A stretch of DNA of 64,000 nt from Acutalibacteraceae bacterium (GTDB lineage Bacteria; Bacillota; Clostridia; Oscillospirales; Acutalibacteraceae). A program made the translations under genes and the position numbers. The notes beneath the pieces are model-generated. The model saw only the letters and a program-made list of their open reading frames with translations, was not told where the DNA came from and did not search any database. Below, piece after piece: positions 15,991-25,344 of this stretch. Location: positions 35,069-99,068 of the forward strand of contig JAZSIE010000002.1 of NCBI GenBank assembly GCA_045533655.1, read 5' to 3'. Positions within the stretch are counted from its first letter, which is position 1, and each line of letters starts with the position of its first letter.

Positions 15991-18372
15991 ATGTATCAGG
16001 TTATCAAAAGAGATGGCAAAGTTTCAGGTTTTGATATAATCAAAATCGCAGACGCAATTAAAAAAGCATTTGAAGCATGTGAAAAACAATACAATGATAA
16101 TATCATTGATTTTCTTGCTTTAAAAGTTACAGCAAACTTTGAACCAAAAATCAGTAACAATCTTGTTGCTGTTGAAGACGTTCAGGATAGCGTTGAATCA
16201 GTTCTTGTTCAGGCTGGTTACGCAGACGTTGCAAAGGCTTATATCCTTTACAGAAAACAACGTGAAAAAATCCGTAATATGAAATCAACAATCCTTGACT
16301 ATAAAGATTTGGTTGACAGCTACGTTAAAGTTACAGACTGGCGTGTTAAAGAAAACTCAACAGTTACTTACTCTGTTGGTGGTCTTATTCTTTCAAACTC
16401 AGGTGCTATTACTGCTAACTACTGGCTTTCAGAAATTTATGATGAAGAAATCGCTAACGCTCATCGTTCAGGCGACGTTCACATTCACGACCTTTCAATG
16501 CTTACAGGTTACTGTGCTGTTTGGTCACTTAAACAACTTATTAAAGAAGGCTTAGGCGCTGTTCCTGGCAAAATTACATCAGCACCGGCAAGTCACCTTG
16601 CAACTCTCTGCAACCAGATGGTTAATTTCTTAGGCATTATGCAGAACGAGTGGGCAGGTGCTGAGGCTTTCTCATCATTTGATACTTACTTAGCTCCATT
16701 TGTAAAAGTAGATAACCTTGATTACAAAGGCGTTAAAAAATGTATTGAATCATTCATTTTCGGTGTAAATACACCATCTCGTTGGGGTACACAGGCTCCA
16801 TTCTCAAACATCACTTTAGACTGGACTGTTCCTGCTGACCTTAAAGATATGCCTGCTATTGTAGGTGGTAAAGAGATGGATTTCACCTATGGTGATTGTA
16901 AAAAAGAAATGGATATGGTTAACAAAGCATTCATTGAAATAATGATTGAAGGCGATGCTCACGGTCGTGGCTTCCAATATCCAATTCCAACATACTCAAT
17001 TACTCGTGACTTTGACTGGTCAGAAACAGAGAATAACAAACTTCTCTTTGAAATGACTGCAAAATATGGTACACCATATTTCTCAAACTACGTTAACTCA
17101 GATATGGAACCAAGCGACGTTCGTTCAATGTGCTGCAGACTTCGACTTGACCTTCGTGAACTTCGTAAAAAGAGCGGTGGTTTCTTCGGTAGTGGTGAAA
17201 GCACAGGTTCTATTGGTGTTGTTACAATTAACTTACCAAGAAGTGCATATCTTGCTGAAAACGTTGAAGATTTCTATAAGAGATTAGATAAACTTATGGA
17301 TATTTCTGCTCGTTCACTTAAAGTTAAGAGAGGCATTATTACAAAACTTCTTGATGAAGGTCTTTACCCATATACAAAGCGTTACCTTGGTACATTTACA
17401 AACCACTTCTCAACAATTGGTCTTATTGGTATGAATGAAGTTGGTCTTAACGCTAAATGGCTCCGTAAAGATATGACTCATAAAGAAACACAAGAGTTTG
17501 CTAAAGACGTTCTCAATCACATGAGAGAAAGACTTTCTGACTATCAAGAAGAATATGGTGACCTTTACAACTTAGAAGCTACACCGGCAGAAAGTACAAC
17601 ATATCGTTTTGCAAAGCACGATAAAGAAAAATATCCTGCAATTATTACTGCAAACGAAAATGGTACACCTTACTACACAAACTCTTCACACTTACCTGTT
17701 GGTTACACAGCAGATATTTTCGAAGCACTTGATGCACAAGATGAACTTCATACACTTTACACATCAGGTACAGTATTCCATGCATTCTTAGGTGAAAAAC
17801 TTCCTGACTGGAAAGCTGCTGCAAATCTTGTTAAGAAAATTGCAGATAACTACAGACTTCCTTACTACTCAATTTCACCAACATATACAGTATGCTGTAA
17901 CCACGGTTACATTCAAGGTGAGGTTTACACTTGCCCAGATTGTGGTGAAGCAACAGAAGTTTATAGCCGTATTACTGGTTACTATCGTCCTGTTCAGAAC
18001 TTTAATGATGGTAAAGCACAAGAGTTCAAAGACAGAAGAGTTTACGATATTATTCACTCAAGCTACGAAAAAGCAGAAAGAACAGTTGACCACGCTCACT
18101 GTTGCCCGGAAGCAGAAACAAAAACTCAGGTAGCAGTAGCAGATGCAACGTTTACACTTTTCGCAACAAAAACTTGCCCTAAATGTAAAATTGCTGCTCA
18201 ACTTCTTGACCAAAAGGGTATTTCTTATGAAAAACTCTTTGTAGAAGATAACGTTGAAGTTGCTAAAAAACTCGGCTTAAAACAAGCCCCATCACTCGTA
18301 ATTTACAATGGTGATGAAGCAACTGTTATTTCTGATTTACCAGCAGTTAAAGAGTTTATTGAAAATATGTAA
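15991..18372 (+). CDS. nrdD: anaerobic (class III) ribonucleoside-triphosphate reductase fused to a C-terminal glutaredoxin/NrdH-like domain
   Basis: Start at MYQVIKRDGKV (ATP-cone) after an AAGGAG RBS. Finger-loop SMCCRLRL, Zn site CC...CPDCG, and glycyl-radical motif RITGYYRP (Gly codon 17977-17979). An extra ~80-aa tail carries TKTCPKC (18175-18186) and a ...APSLVIYNG thioredoxin-fold pattern. Confidence 0.92.
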   Translation: MYQVIKRDGKVSGFDIIKIADAIKKAFEACEKQYNDNIIDFLALKVTANFEPKISNNLVAVEDVQDSVESVLVQAGYADVAKAYILYRKQREKIRNMKSTILDYKDLVDSYVKVTDWRVKENSTVTYSVGGLILSNSGAITANYWLSEIYDEEIANAHRSGDVHIHDLSMLTGYCAVWSLKQLIKEGLGAVPGKITSAPASHLATLCNQMVNFLGIMQNEWAGAEAFSSFDTYLAPFVKVDNLDYKGVKKCIESFIFGVNTPSRWGTQAPFSNITLDWTVPADLKDMPAIVGGKEMDFTYGDCKKEMDMVNKAFIEIMIEGDAHGRGFQYPIPTYSITRDFDWSETENNKLLFEMTAKYGTPYFSNYVNSDMEPSDVRSMCCRLRLDLRELRKKSGGFFGSGESTGSIGVVTINLPRSAYLAENVEDFYKRLDKLMDISARSLKVKRGIITKLLDEGLYPYTKRYLGTFTNHFSTIGLIGMNEVGLNAKWLRKDMTHKETQEFAKDVLNHMRERLSDYQEEYGDLYNLEATPAESTTYRFAKHDKEKYPAIITANENGTPYYTNSSHLPVGYTADIFEALDAQDELHTLYTSGTVFHAFLGEKLPDWKAAANLVKKIADNYRLPYYSISPTYTVCCNHGYIQGEVYTCPDCGEATEVYSRITGYYRPVQNFNDGKAQEFKDRRVYDIIHSSYEKAERTVDHAHCCPEAETKTQVAVADATFTLFATKTCPKCKIAAQLLDQKGISYEKLFVEDNVEVAKKLGLKQAPSLVIYNGDEATVISDLPAVKEFIENM

Positions 18373-18398
18373 TTAATAAAAAACCCATAAATTTTTAA

Positions 18399-18440
18399 CG
18401 GGTGTCTGGAATTTTTTAAGTTCCAGACACCGATATTTTA
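18399..18440 (+). other. Hairpin between nrdD and the TrxR-like gene (weak terminator or attenuator)
   Basis: cgggtgtctggaa / ttccagacaccg stem; poor T tract. Confidence 0.4.
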
Positions 18441-18454
18441 AAGGTGATTTTATA

Positions 18455-19360
18455 ATGAAAGATATTATCATAATCGGTGCAGGTCCTGCGGGACTTACTG
18501 CGGCACTTTATGCATTAAGAGCGGGTAAAAGCGTTCTTGTTATTGAAAAAAGCACGTTCGGTGGTCAGGTAACGTTTTCACCTAAAATTGAAAATTACCC
18601 TGGTATTCCGGAAATGACTGGTAACGAATTTGCAGATAAACTTCTTGACCAGGTTTTAGCTATGGGTGCTGAAGTTGAAATGGAAAAAGTTACCGGTATT
18701 ATAAATGAAGGAAACAGAAAATTAGTTTTTGCGGGCGATAAAAAATATGAAGCGAAAGCAGTTATAATTGCTGTTGGTGTTAAACACAGACAATTAGGCT
18801 TAGAAAGAGAAAACGAACTTACTGGTAAGGGTATTTCTTACTGTGCAGTTTGTGACGGTGCATTTTACAACGGTCAGACAGTCGGCGTTGTAGGTGGCGG
18901 TAACTCTGCTTTACAAGAAGCAGTTCTTCTTTCAGATATTTGTGAAAAGGTTTACGTTTTCCAGAACCTTTCATATATGACAGGTGAAAAGAAACTTGTT
19001 GAAATTCTTGAAGCAAAGTCTAACGTTGAATTTATGACAGACGTTGTTGTAAGTAACTTAAAAGGTGACGACGAATTAACAGGCGTTACGTTAAAGCACA
19101 CAACAAATGGCGAAAAAGAAGTAGCGTTAAATGGTCTTTTTGTTGCTATTGGTCTTGAGCCATCAAATAGCGATTTCAGCGATATGGCTACACTTGATAG
19201 TAACGGCTACTTTGATTCTGACGAAGCGTGCATTACAAAAACAGAAGGTATTTACGTTGCAGGTGACTGCCGTAAAAAGAATATCCGTCAGATTACAACT
19301 GCAACTGCAGACGGTGCTTCAGCAGCACTTGCCGCTTGCAGATATATAGATGCGATATAA
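18455..19360 (+). CDS. low-Mr thioredoxin reductase-like flavoprotein lacking the NADPH HRRxxxR motif
   Basis: 301 aa. GAGPAGLTAALY (FAD), redox CAVCDG, GGGNSALQEA. QNLSYMT sits where canonical TrxR has HRRDxFR. Confidence 0.88.
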   Translation: MKDIIIIGAGPAGLTAALYALRAGKSVLVIEKSTFGGQVTFSPKIENYPGIPEMTGNEFADKLLDQVLAMGAEVEMEKVTGIINEGNRKLVFAGDKKYEAKAVIIAVGVKHRQLGLERENELTGKGISYCAVCDGAFYNGQTVGVVGGGNSALQEAVLLSDICEKVYVFQNLSYMTGEKKLVEILEAKSNVEFMTDVVVSNLKGDDELTGVTLKHTTNGEKEVALNGLFVAIGLEPSNSDFSDMATLDSNGYFDSDEACITKTEGIYVAGDCRKKNIRQITTATADGASAALAACRYIDAI

Positions 19361-19435
19361 AAATAATGGTGTTATATGCTGAAATTTATGGTTGTTCAGT
19401 ATGTAACGTCTTGAAATAAAAATGCCAATACAAAC

Positions 19436-19474
19436 AAAAACAGCGGTAAGAATAGTCTTACCGTTGTTTTTGTT
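19436..19474 (+). terminator. Rho-independent terminator after the TrxR-like gene
   Basis: aacagcggtaaga / tcttaccgttgtt stem followed by a T-run. Confidence 0.8.
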
Positions 19475-19555
19475 GCAAATAAGAAAGATCTGTGGTATTA
19501 TTAAGTTGCAGACAAAAGTCTGATTGGGAGAAAATACTAAAAAGGGTGAATTATT

Positions 19556-20230
19556 ATGAAAAAAGATAAGTCGAAAAAGTTTGCGATTCTTGCGGGATTA
19601 TTTTTCTTTATTCCTGCTTTAACTGCCCTGCCAAGCATAATCTCAATGAATATAATTACAGGTTCAGATTTAACGAGTCAGGTTATGCTACGAGGATTGA
19701 TAGTTTTAGCTGTTGACAGTCTCATTTCTTTAGCACTTTCTATAGCACTATTTGTTCGTAAAAAGAATGCATCGTTTGTTGTGATTACATCGCTGTGGTT
19801 AGTGTTTTACATAGCAAGATGTATAGTTTTGGTGTCAGGATTCAGCGTAAATATATTTTTAAACGTAATTTCTTTAGTGGTTATTGTTTGGTTGTTTATG
19901 ACTAATTGCTTACCGAAATTTAAAGGTTATATAAGTACAACTAAGGGCTTGTGGTTCGTTCCGTACGTACTAAATGTATTAATGTCTTTTTTTGATTTAA
20001 TAGAAAATGTTACGGATTATCTTAAATTCGGCTTAACAAACGAAATAGTTATGACAGTTATAACTATAGGCTTTGGTGGTGCTATTAGTAGTTTGTCATA
20101 TTTATTTATGGGCTTATGGCTTTACAAAAGTTATGAAAACGAAATCAACAATAATGATTTGGTTTTAGAGCAACCTACATATATAACTGCCCCAGAGATT
20201 GTAGAAGTAAAGGAAGAAACAACAGAATAA
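19556..20230 (+). CDS. multi-pass membrane protein, unknown function
   Basis: 224 aa with about 6 hydrophobic helices. AAGGGTGA RBS. Confidence 0.6.
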   Translation: MKKDKSKKFAILAGLFFFIPALTALPSIISMNIITGSDLTSQVMLRGLIVLAVDSLISLALSIALFVRKKNASFVVITSLWLVFYIARCIVLVSGFSVNIFLNVISLVVIVWLFMTNCLPKFKGYISTTKGLWFVPYVLNVLMSFFDLIENVTDYLKFGLTNEIVMTVITIGFGGAISSLSYLFMGLWLYKSYENEINNNDLVLEQPTYITAPEIVEVKEETTE

Positions 20231-20234
20231 AACA

Positions 20235-20279
20235 AAGGGACTGATTAGAATGTTTTAACATTTTAATCAGTCCCAAAAA
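20235..20279. terminator. Bidirectional terminator between convergent genes
   Basis: gggactgattagaatgtt / aacattttaatcagtccc stem. Confidence 0.8.
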
Positions 20280-21632
20280 TTATTTATTCATTCTTTTCTT
20301 TGCATTCTCAAGTGCTTTCTGGTACGGCATTAACATACCTTCATTCATTTTGTCACCCATTTTAGATTTCATTTTTTCTGAAGAAAGCATACCACCAACT
20401 AAATACATTAAAAGCATACGCTTCCATTGTTTTTGCGGGAAGTCATACTGGTTATGAGATTTATAGAATTTGTGGTCTGCTTTCATCATACCCTGCATAA
20501 TCCAGATTAAATCTCTGAATACCTTCATACCACCAATGCCATAGAAATTCTGTGGTAAAAGAATTTTCTTTTCTAAAGCGTAGTCTAATTTCTTTGCTAA
20601 TTTATCAATGCTTTCGTTTGCATCTTCTTCGTTTGAAGCAACGCCACAAAGGAAGTTGTGACCGACCTCTGCTCTTGCTTCAATAATTGTTCTTAAGTTT
20701 TCTTCAACACTTAAATGACCGTTTACAATGTAGCCTATTGGCATACCTATAGTAACAGTTCTGTGACCATTACAGAATTGTCTGTCATCATACATTTTAA
20801 AACGTGCACCCATTGAGTGGTCTTTGATTGTAAAAGCATAAACAATTGCTTCTGCTTTCTGAATATCATTTCTTAAAAATTCATCGAAATTATCTTTGTA
20901 AATACATTTGCCTGAAACTGCACAGTTAAAGCAACCAAGGCAACCACTCTTGAATGGATAATCTTTAATATTTACAATTCTTGTCTTTTTAGTGCATTTT
21001 GCTCTGAAACGTGCAATCATATTTTTTAGCGCTTCGTCATTTTCGTCACAGTCTGTAACAATAACAACATCGCCTTGCTTTTCGTCTGCACATTCAATTA
21101 CTTCTGTATTTGTGAGTGTAGCACGAGAAGTTATTTTAATTTCTTTTTCATAAATGTTATTCTGGATATTGAACATAACGTAGTCGAAGAATTCTTCTGC
21201 CTGCTTCTGACCTTTTTCAGTAGATAAGTCATCCATATCTGCAGAAAGTCCGTTAATATATTTAAGTCCTAAATCAAAGCAGTTGTCTTTTATGTAACGA
21301 TGTGCAGTTGTGTCATAAAAATGCTTTGAGGTAGTAAATTGTGTAGCAAATTTTTCGCTTAAATCTAATTTTGCATCCTTTAAAAGCTCAATAAATCTGT
21401 GAAGCTGACAAGGTGCAATAAATGTATAAACAGGGTAAGAAAAAACAAGTAAATCCGCCTTTTTTACTTCTTCAATTGCTTTACTGAAATCTTTTTCTAA
21501 AACCTTTATTTTTTGCCCTGCATCAAGCACAGAAAACTCGTGCTCGGGGTGTAAAATTTTTAAGTAATTTGTTGTTTGCAAAGTAATGCTGTTCTGCCCC
21601 TTAGGACTGCCGTTAATAATTAAGATGTTCAT
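20280..21632 (-). CDS. two-domain flavodoxin-like / NAD(P)H-dependent FMN reductase family protein with a Cys cluster
   Basis: 450 aa. MNILIINGSPKG... flavodoxin-fold N-terminus, a second similar half, and CLGCFNCAVSGKC (C-x2-C-x2-C-x5-C). Confidence 0.7.
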   Translation of the reverse strand: MNILIINGSPKGQNSITLQTTNYLKILHPEHEFSVLDAGQKIKVLEKDFSKAIEEVKKADLLVFSYPVYTFIAPCQLHRFIELLKDAKLDLSEKFATQFTTSKHFYDTTAHRYIKDNCFDLGLKYINGLSADMDDLSTEKGQKQAEEFFDYVMFNIQNNIYEKEIKITSRATLTNTEVIECADEKQGDVVIVTDCDENDEALKNMIARFRAKCTKKTRIVNIKDYPFKSGCLGCFNCAVSGKCIYKDNFDEFLRNDIQKAEAIVYAFTIKDHSMGARFKMYDDRQFCNGHRTVTIGMPIGYIVNGHLSVEENLRTIIEARAEVGHNFLCGVASNEEDANESIDKLAKKLDYALEKKILLPQNFYGIGGMKVFRDLIWIMQGMMKADHKFYKSHNQYDFPQKQWKRMLLMYLVGGMLSSEKMKSKMGDKMNEGMLMPYQKALENAKKRMNK

Positions 21633-22207
21633 TTGTTGTTCATCTCCAAATCAGAATTGTCATCGTCTTTAATTATTTTAATATCTTTTGAAAATTTGTT
21701 GATATATGGTTCAATATCGTTGTATTCGATATAAGGTTTAACAAATCCCTTACAAAAAGAATAACCTAAAATAAATAATATAATTTTTCCTAAAAAAGAA
21801 GTCTTGCAATGTTTGAGTTTAAGTCTTATTAAGATGCAATCATCTGTTTTGATAAGAGTTTTAATAGAATTCCAGGGAATGCATTTTATAGGGATTGCTA
21901 AAAGAATTGCAAAAAGATTGATAATAACAAAACTATTTTCAATGCCTTTTTCAGTAAGCGAAAAAGCGGAACCTTTATTTTTTACAAATATTCTAAGCAG
22001 ATTTATAACTGTTAGAAGATAAGTAAAAAGAACCAAGCTAATAGCGATGCATAAAAAAAGTGAAAATCCTTTGCTAAGTGGTTGGTTGTTTTCGTCAAAA
22101 ATTTGGTTGGTATATAGCATATATACAGCTTTATACCCTAAAGGTTGAATTCCACCAAACAAAATGACAATAAACCAAAATCTCCAGTTTAATTTGTGTT
22201 CTTTCAT
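21629..22207 (-). CDS. membrane protein, unknown function (4-nt overlap with the downstream flavoprotein gene)
   Basis: Start moved to MKEHKLNW after a GGAGATGA RBS. Several TM helices plus a small soluble segment. Confidence 0.5.
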   Translation of the reverse strand: MKEHKLNWRFWFIVILFGGIQPLGYKAVYMLYTNQIFDENNQPLSKGFSLFLCIAISLVLFTYLLTVINLLRIFVKNKGSAFSLTEKGIENSFVIINLFAILLAIPIKCIPWNSIKTLIKTDDCILIRLKLKHCKTSFLGKIILFILGYSFCKGFVKPYIEYNDIEPYINKFSKDIKIIKDDDNSDLEMNNK

Positions 22208-22321
22208 AATATCATCTCCTGAAATTGAGTATATCATAAACACAACATTTTTTCAAATAAACTTGACAAATGCCCGTGTTTTTGTAAATATAGATATAGT
22301 AAAAACAAAGGAGAAATTTTT

Positions 22322-23350
22322 ATGTCTGCATTTTTTATGAGCGTTGTTGCTTTTTTTACTTCACTTGCAACTATAGTAACATCATTTTTAGGTTTTGATA
22401 TAGGTAGTAAAGAAAAACAAGTAGAAAACTTTAAAGTTACAACTTACATAAGGGGTGACTATATTCAGGAAGAAAACAGTCTTTATAGTGAAGATTTTGA
22501 TATCGTTACAGATGTTATTCTTTTTGAATGTGCTTCTTTTGATAATAATGGTAATGTTGTTTATGAAAAAGATAAATTAGAAACAGCGCTGAAAAACATC
22601 AGAAATGCAATAGGTGAAAGAGATGTCAACATAACACTGAACCTTTTAGGGCCTGAATGGCATTCAGAGTCAGATGTGTGGGAAGAACAGATGGAAGCAC
22701 AAAGTAACGAATACAACAAGGCGTTTACAAGTGGTGTTCTGGAAGATAATATTATTAAAGTTTTAGATGAATATAACTTTGATGGTGTTCATTTTGATTA
22801 TGAATACCCACTTTCAAAAAATGCGTGGAAAGAATATAACAAATTTTTAGTTTCTCTTAATGAAAAGTTAGGGGAATATACGTTGGGTGTTGCTTGTAGT
22901 GACTGGAATATAAAATTCAGTTTATCTGCTATAGAAGCGGTTGATACTTTTGAACTTATGGTTTATGACTTTAACGATGAAGAAGGTAAGCACGCAACTT
23001 ACGAAGAAACTGTTAAGCTTGTTAATACAGTCGGGCTTCACGGAATACCACAAGAAAAAGTAAATGTAGGTCTTCCTTTTTACTCAAGACCTACCGATAT
23101 GTCAGGCTACTGGTATGGTTATAATGGTTACTATGAAAAAATAGATGAAAACGGTTGGTATCACTGCAATGATACTGATAAGGATTTTTGGTTCAATACA
23201 CCGGAAGTTATAGAACAGAAAACAGAGTATGCCATAAATAATGGCTTCGGCGGTGTGATGATATGGCATTATAACTGCGATTTACCTTCAACTCACGAAG
23301 ATTCACTATTAAAAGCAATTGATAATGCATTAAACAGTAATCAGGCATAA
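22322..23350 (+). CDS. GH18 family (chitinase-like) glycosyl hydrolase, membrane or signal anchored
   Basis: 342 aa. N-terminal hydrophobic anchor; FDGVHFDYEYP matches the GH18 DxxDxDxE catalytic motif. Confidence 0.75.
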   Translation: MSAFFMSVVAFFTSLATIVTSFLGFDIGSKEKQVENFKVTTYIRGDYIQEENSLYSEDFDIVTDVILFECASFDNNGNVVYEKDKLETALKNIRNAIGERDVNITLNLLGPEWHSESDVWEEQMEAQSNEYNKAFTSGVLEDNIIKVLDEYNFDGVHFDYEYPLSKNAWKEYNKFLVSLNEKLGEYTLGVACSDWNIKFSLSAIEAVDTFELMVYDFNDEEGKHATYEETVKLVNTVGLHGIPQEKVNVGLPFYSRPTDMSGYWYGYNGYYEKIDENGWYHCNDTDKDFWFNTPEVIEQKTEYAINNGFGGVMIWHYNCDLPSTHEDSLLKAIDNALNSNQA

Positions 23351-23364
23351 GAAAGTTAAAAAAT

Positions 23365-23416
23365 AACTCTATCATTTAAGTTTACAAAAAACTTTAAATG
23401 ATAGAGTTTGTTTTTT
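23365..23416. terminator. Bidirectional terminator (hairpin family copy 2)
   Basis: aactctatcatttaagttt / aaactttaaatgatagagtt stem, A-run upstream and T-run downstream. Confidence 0.8.
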
Positions 23417-23449
23417 ATAATGCTAACAACTGCAAGCGAAAGTTAAAAC

Positions 23450-25222
23450 TTAAAGTTTTAACTTCTCGTTTGCCGCTTTCATCATTTCAGGTGAAACTTT
23501 TATAACCTCACGGTCGTAAGTGAGAAGTCCGTTTAATTCATCTTCTACGTCACTTACTTCAGTATAAATTGTTGCAGAAAGACCTTTTTCTTTCATACAT
23601 TTATAAATTCTGTCTTCGTAAAGGTGTTTTATTGCAGCGTCAAATTTTTCTTGAGTGTAATATTTTCTGTAACCAAAGAATTTTTCTTTGTTGTAGGTGT
23701 GACCTCTGAATCTCATTGAATAGCCACCAAATTCTGTAAGACCAATTGGTCGTCTGTCTTCTTTATTGAATTTAGGGAACATAAATGGTGTAAAGTAAAT
23801 GTGGAAGCTGTTTACGTCACCAGCGCCGTGGTCAACCCAACCACTTGCGTGGTCAATGAGCCTTGTCGGGTCTTTTTCTCTATAGAATTCACAAGCTTTA
23901 ACTGAGTCAAACTGTCCCCATGCTTCGTTGAATGGAGTCCAGAGAGCGAGAGAAGGAACGTTGTAAAGAAGATTAATCATATCTTCTGAATCTTTATAAT
24001 ATTCTTCTTTGCCTTTTTCATCTGTTCTTGCATAGAATAAATTATTCTTTTTACCATCAGGCACTCTACCAACTTTTTTATTGTTGAAGAGCATACCTAA
24101 GAATGGTAATGTACCAATAGCAAGGAAGTTATATTTTCCGCCGCCGTTAATCATATCCTGCCAAACAATCATACCGAGTCTGTCGCAGTGGTAATACCAA
24201 CGAAGTGGTTCGATTTTAATGTGCTTTCTTAACGTGTTGAAGCCTAAATCTTTCATTGTCTGAATGTCATAAATCAATGCTTCATCAGATGGTGCAGTGT
24301 AAAGACCATCTGACCAATAGCCCTGGTCAAGAAGACCATTGAAGAAATACGGCTTATTGTTAAGCATAAATCTTGGTGTGCCGTCAGCGTCAACGCCAGT
24401 GCTGAATTTTCTCATAGCAAAGTAACTGTCAATTCTGTCTTCACCAGCGGCAAATTTAATATCGTAAAGGTAAGGATTTTCAGGTGACCAGAGTTCATAG
24501 TCTGAAAGTTTAATTGTGCCCTTACCATCGGTAAGCTTTGCACCCGCTTTTATCTGGTCTTTATCCATAACCATAACGCCAACTTCTGGCATTACCTCGC
24601 CTGAGTAAGAAACCTCAATGTGTAATTCGTCGTTATCAATATCTGGAGTGAGTTTAATATTTGTAATGTAGTCGTAAGAAACTTCTTCAAGCCAAACAGT
24701 CTGCCATATACCAGATTGTGGAGTGTACCAGATTCCACCACGGTTAAAGGTCTGTTTACCGCGAGCCTGACTGCCTGTGTCAGTAGGGTCAGTTACTGTA
24801 ACCCTTAAATCATTTTCGCCATTTAAAATAGCTGCAGTAACGTCAAATGTAAATGGAAGATAACCACCAGTATGTTCACCAATAACAGTGCCGTTTAAGG
24901 TAACTGTGCATTTATAATCAACTGCGCCAAAGTGTAAAAGCACCTTTGATTTTGTTTTTGTGAAGTTGAAGAATTTCTGGTAATAGAGAGTGTCAGTAGG
25001 CATTACCCATTTTTCAACACCACTTAAAATTGCTTCTGGGCTGAAAGGAACAACAATTTCACCCTGGAAACCGCTGAATTTCTTGTTTTCGCCGTAAATA
25101 GCGTAATTCCACACACCATTTAAGCAAATGAAACTGTCACGTTTGAACTGTGGTCTTGGATAATCGTTAAGTGGGCAATTTTTATCTAAAGTTTTACCCC
25201 ATCTTGTCAATAATCTTTCCAT
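23450..25222 (-). CDS. GH2 family glycoside hydrolase (beta-galactosidase/beta-glucuronidase-like)
   Basis: Start moved to MERLLTRWGK after a GGAGGG RBS. Sugar-binding, Ig-like and TIM-barrel order with NTLRKHIK and NEAWGQ motifs. Confidence 0.85.
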   Translation of the reverse strand: MERLLTRWGKTLDKNCPLNDYPRPQFKRDSFICLNGVWNYAIYGENKKFSGFQGEIVVPFSPEAILSGVEKWVMPTDTLYYQKFFNFTKTKSKVLLHFGAVDYKCTVTLNGTVIGEHTGGYLPFTFDVTAAILNGENDLRVTVTDPTDTGSQARGKQTFNRGGIWYTPQSGIWQTVWLEEVSYDYITNIKLTPDIDNDELHIEVSYSGEVMPEVGVMVMDKDQIKAGAKLTDGKGTIKLSDYELWSPENPYLYDIKFAAGEDRIDSYFAMRKFSTGVDADGTPRFMLNNKPYFFNGLLDQGYWSDGLYTAPSDEALIYDIQTMKDLGFNTLRKHIKIEPLRWYYHCDRLGMIVWQDMINGGGKYNFLAIGTLPFLGMLFNNKKVGRVPDGKKNNLFYARTDEKGKEEYYKDSEDMINLLYNVPSLALWTPFNEAWGQFDSVKACEFYREKDPTRLIDHASGWVDHGAGDVNSFHIYFTPFMFPKFNKEDRRPIGLTEFGGYSMRFRGHTYNKEKFFGYRKYYTQEKFDAAIKHLYEDRIYKCMKEKGLSATIYTEVSDVEDELNGLLTYDREVIKVSPEMMKAANEKLKL

Positions 25223-25344
25223 AATACCCTCCGAAAGAAGTTTTAATAAATACACATTCATTTTATCATAAAAACACTTGTTTTTCAATATAAAATCACC
25301 AAATTATCTTGTTTGAATAATATGGAAATATAGGGGGTGCTTTT

